Shown piece after piece: positions 61,895-64,000 of a stretch of 64,000 bases of DNA. Source of the stretch: Octopus vulgaris. Lineage: Eukaryota. The DNA lies in the NCBI GenBank assembly GCA_951406725.2, contig OX597841.1:22258001-22322000 (forward strand), given 5' to 3'. The notes under the pieces were generated by a model. The model was not told the DNA's origin, ran no database searches, and saw only the letters and a program-made list of their open reading frames with translations. Every line of letters starts with the position of its first letter. Position 1 is the first letter of the stretch. Made by a program: the position numbers and the translations under genes.

Positions 61895-63973
61895 TCATGT
61901 ATGAATACGCTTGTGAGAAGTTAAGGCACTACTTTGAGAGAATGATTTGCCACAGCTATCACAGGGATATGGCTTCTCTCCTGTATGAACACGCTTGTGA
62001 CCGGTTAAAGCGCTACTCTGGGAGAATGATTTGCCACAGATATCACAGTGATATGGTGTCTCTCCTGTATGAATACGTTTATGAGTAGTTAGGTTACTGC
62101 TGGCAGAGAAGGATTTGTTACAGATGTCACAGTGATGTGGCTTCTCTCCTGTATGAATACGTTTATGATCTGTCAAAGCACAGTTGCGAGGGAATGATTT
62201 ACCACATATATTACAAGAATATGGTTTCTCTCCTGTATGTGTACGTTTGTGAGAAGCGAGAGCACTACAACGTGAGAATGATTTACTACAGATGTTACAC
62301 TGATATGGCTTCTCTCCTGTATGAATGCGTTTGTGAGAATTGGAAGCACTTTGGTCAGAGAAAGATTTACCACACACATCACAGTGATATGGCTTCTCGC
62401 CAGTATGAATACGTTTGTGTCTAGTCAATTTGTTATTTGCAGAGAATGATTTACCACAAATGTCACAGCGAAATCGCTTTTCCCCTGTATGAACAATCGT
62501 GTGTGAATTTAAAGCACTCTGTTGAGAGAATGATGTACCACAGACATCACAGTGAAAGGGCTTCTCTCCTGTATGAATACGTTTGTGTACAAGCAATTCG
62601 TAACTTGTACAGAATGATTTACCACAGATATCACAGTGGTATGGCTTTTCTCCTGTATGGAAACGTTTATGGATAGCTAAGTTGCCAAGTTGAAAGAATG
62701 ATTTACCACAGATTTCACAGTGAAATGGCTTCTCTCCTGTATGAATGCGTTTGTGTTTAGTTAGGGTACTTCTACGAGAGAAAGTTTTATTACAGACATC
62801 ACAGTGAAATGGCTTCTCTCCGGTATGGATATATTTATGTTCAGCTAAGTTGTCATTTCGGGAGAATGATTTACCACAGATATCACAAGAATAAGGTGTC
62901 TCTCCTCTATGAATACGCTTGTGAATAGTCAGAATACTACTTACAGAGAAAGACTTGTTACAGATGTTGCAGCGATATGGCTTCTCACCCGTATGAATAC
63001 GTTTGTGAGAAGTTAAACTGCTTTTGCTTGAGAGCGATTTGCCACAGATATTACAGGAATATGGTGTCTCAACTGAATGAATATGTTTGTGCCTATCCAA
63101 GCCACCCTTTTGTGAGAATGATTTACTACAGATGTTACACTGATATGGCTTCTCTCCTGTATGAATACGCTTGTGAGAAATGACAACACTTCGGTCAGAG
63201 AATGATTTACCACAGATGACACAGTGAAATGGCTTCTCCCCTGTATGAATACGTTTATGAGTAATTAGGGTATTACTCTGAGAGAAAGATTTGTTACAGA
63301 TGTTGCAGTGATATGGCTTCTCCCCTGTATGAATACGTTTATGAGAAGTTAGCTGATTACTGACACAAAAAGATTTGTTGCAGATGTCACAGTGATATGG
63401 TTTCTCTCCTGTATGAACACGTCTGTGAGCAGTCAAAGAACTGCTGAGAGAAAATGATCTACTGCAGATATTACAAGAATATGGTGTCTCTCCTGTGTGA
63501 ATACGTTTATGATCAGTTAAAGTATTACTGTGAGAGAATGATTTACCACAGATGTCACAGTGAAATGGCTTCTCTCCTGTATGAACACGTTGGTGTGAAA
63601 TCAACTCCATTTTCTGAGAGAATGATTTACCACAAACATCACAGTGAAATGGCTTCTCTCCTGTATGAATACGTTTGTGTGTAGTCAATCTGCTATTTGC
63701 AGAGAATGATTTACCACAAATGTCACAGCGAAATGGCTTCTCTCTTGTATGAATACGTTTGTGTCTAGTCAATTTGCTATTTGCAGAGAATGATTTACCA
63801 CAAATGTCACAGTGAAATGGCTTTTCACCTATATGAATACATTTCTGCTTATTCAAGTTACCCTTTTCAGAGAAGGACTTTTTACAGACATCACATTCGT
63901 GTGACAATATACGTCTCTTCTTCACTTTGTCTTCTAGAAAAGTCAAATCCTTTGGTTCCTCACTATTTTCCAT
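61895..63973 (-). CDS. C2H2 zinc-finger protein H, 692 aa, 24 finger units
   Basis: Finger 1 degenerate as in G; its upstream exon and promoter lie beyond the window. Confidence 0.93.
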   Translation of the reverse strand: MENSEEPKDLTFLEDKVKKRRILSHECDVCKKSFSEKGNLNKQKCIHIGEKPFHCDICGKSFSANSKLTRHKRIHTREKPFRCDICGKSFSANSRLTTHKRIHTGEKPFHCDVCGKSFSQKMELISHQRVHTGEKPFHCDICGKSFSHSNTLTDHKRIHTGETPYSCNICSRSFSLSSSLTAHRRVHTGEKPYHCDICNKSFCVSNQLTSHKRIHTGEKPYHCNICNKSFSQSNTLITHKRIHTGEKPFHCVICGKSFSDRSVVISHKRIHTGEKPYQCNICSKSFSQKGGLDRHKHIHSVETPYSCNICGKSLSSKSSLTSHKRIHTGEKPYRCNICNKSFSVSSILTIHKRIHRGETPYSCDICGKSFSRNDNLAEHKYIHTGEKPFHCDVCNKTFSRRSTLTKHKRIHTGEKPFHCEICGKSFFQLGNLAIHKRFHTGEKPYHCDICGKSFCTSYELLVHKRIHTGEKPFHCDVCGTSFSQQSALNSHTIVHTGEKRFRCDICGKSFSANNKLTRHKRIHTGEKPYHCDVCGKSFSDQSASNSHKRIHTGEKPYQCNICSKSFSRCSALASHKRTHTGEKPYSCNICGKSFPRNCALTDHKRIHTGEKPHHCDICNKSFSASSNLTTHKRIHTGETPYHCDICGKSFSQSSALTGHKRVHTGEKPYPCDSCGKSFSQSSALTSHKRIHT

Positions 63974-64000
63974 TTTATTTCTTTGAAAATCACAATAAAT

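Larger units (their letters stand above)
48354..63973. repeat. Two-copy ~7.8-kb tandem duplication (F-G and G-H intervals)
   Basis: 48400-54354 is colinear and highly similar to 56230-61894; the three ATGs are 7828 and 7792 bp apart. Confidence 0.92.

Overview
AT-rich eukaryotic DNA containing a tandem cluster of eight minus-strand C2H2 zinc-finger genes, labelled A-H here. The repeat types and finger style point to a coleoid cephalopod, probably Octopus (inference from recognition, not a database search). Finger counts are 9, 8, 23, 10, 8, 23, 21 and 24, each behind a ~26-aa leader with no recognisable effector domain. Genes A-E sit in a 7-10 kb duplicated cassette: RTE LINE relic, (TA)n, piggyBac-like MITE, ~1.4 kb segment present in either orientation, SINE, hAT transposase fragment, CR1-like 3' end, ZF exon, intron, then a non-coding exon with an NRF1/ETS-like promoter. 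Genes F-H sit in a second ~7.8 kb duplication. The most notable signals are: minisatellite-like finger gain/loss between near-identical cassettes; a MITE-flanked segment whose orientation tracks ZF subtype; mosaic cassettes showing recombination; a chimeric hAT ORF started by a SINE tail and stopped by an antisense finger; a conserved promoter/first-exon module triplicated above gene E; an inverted-SINE foldback; and two hammerhead-like motifs. All comparisons were made by eye and TE boundaries are approximate.
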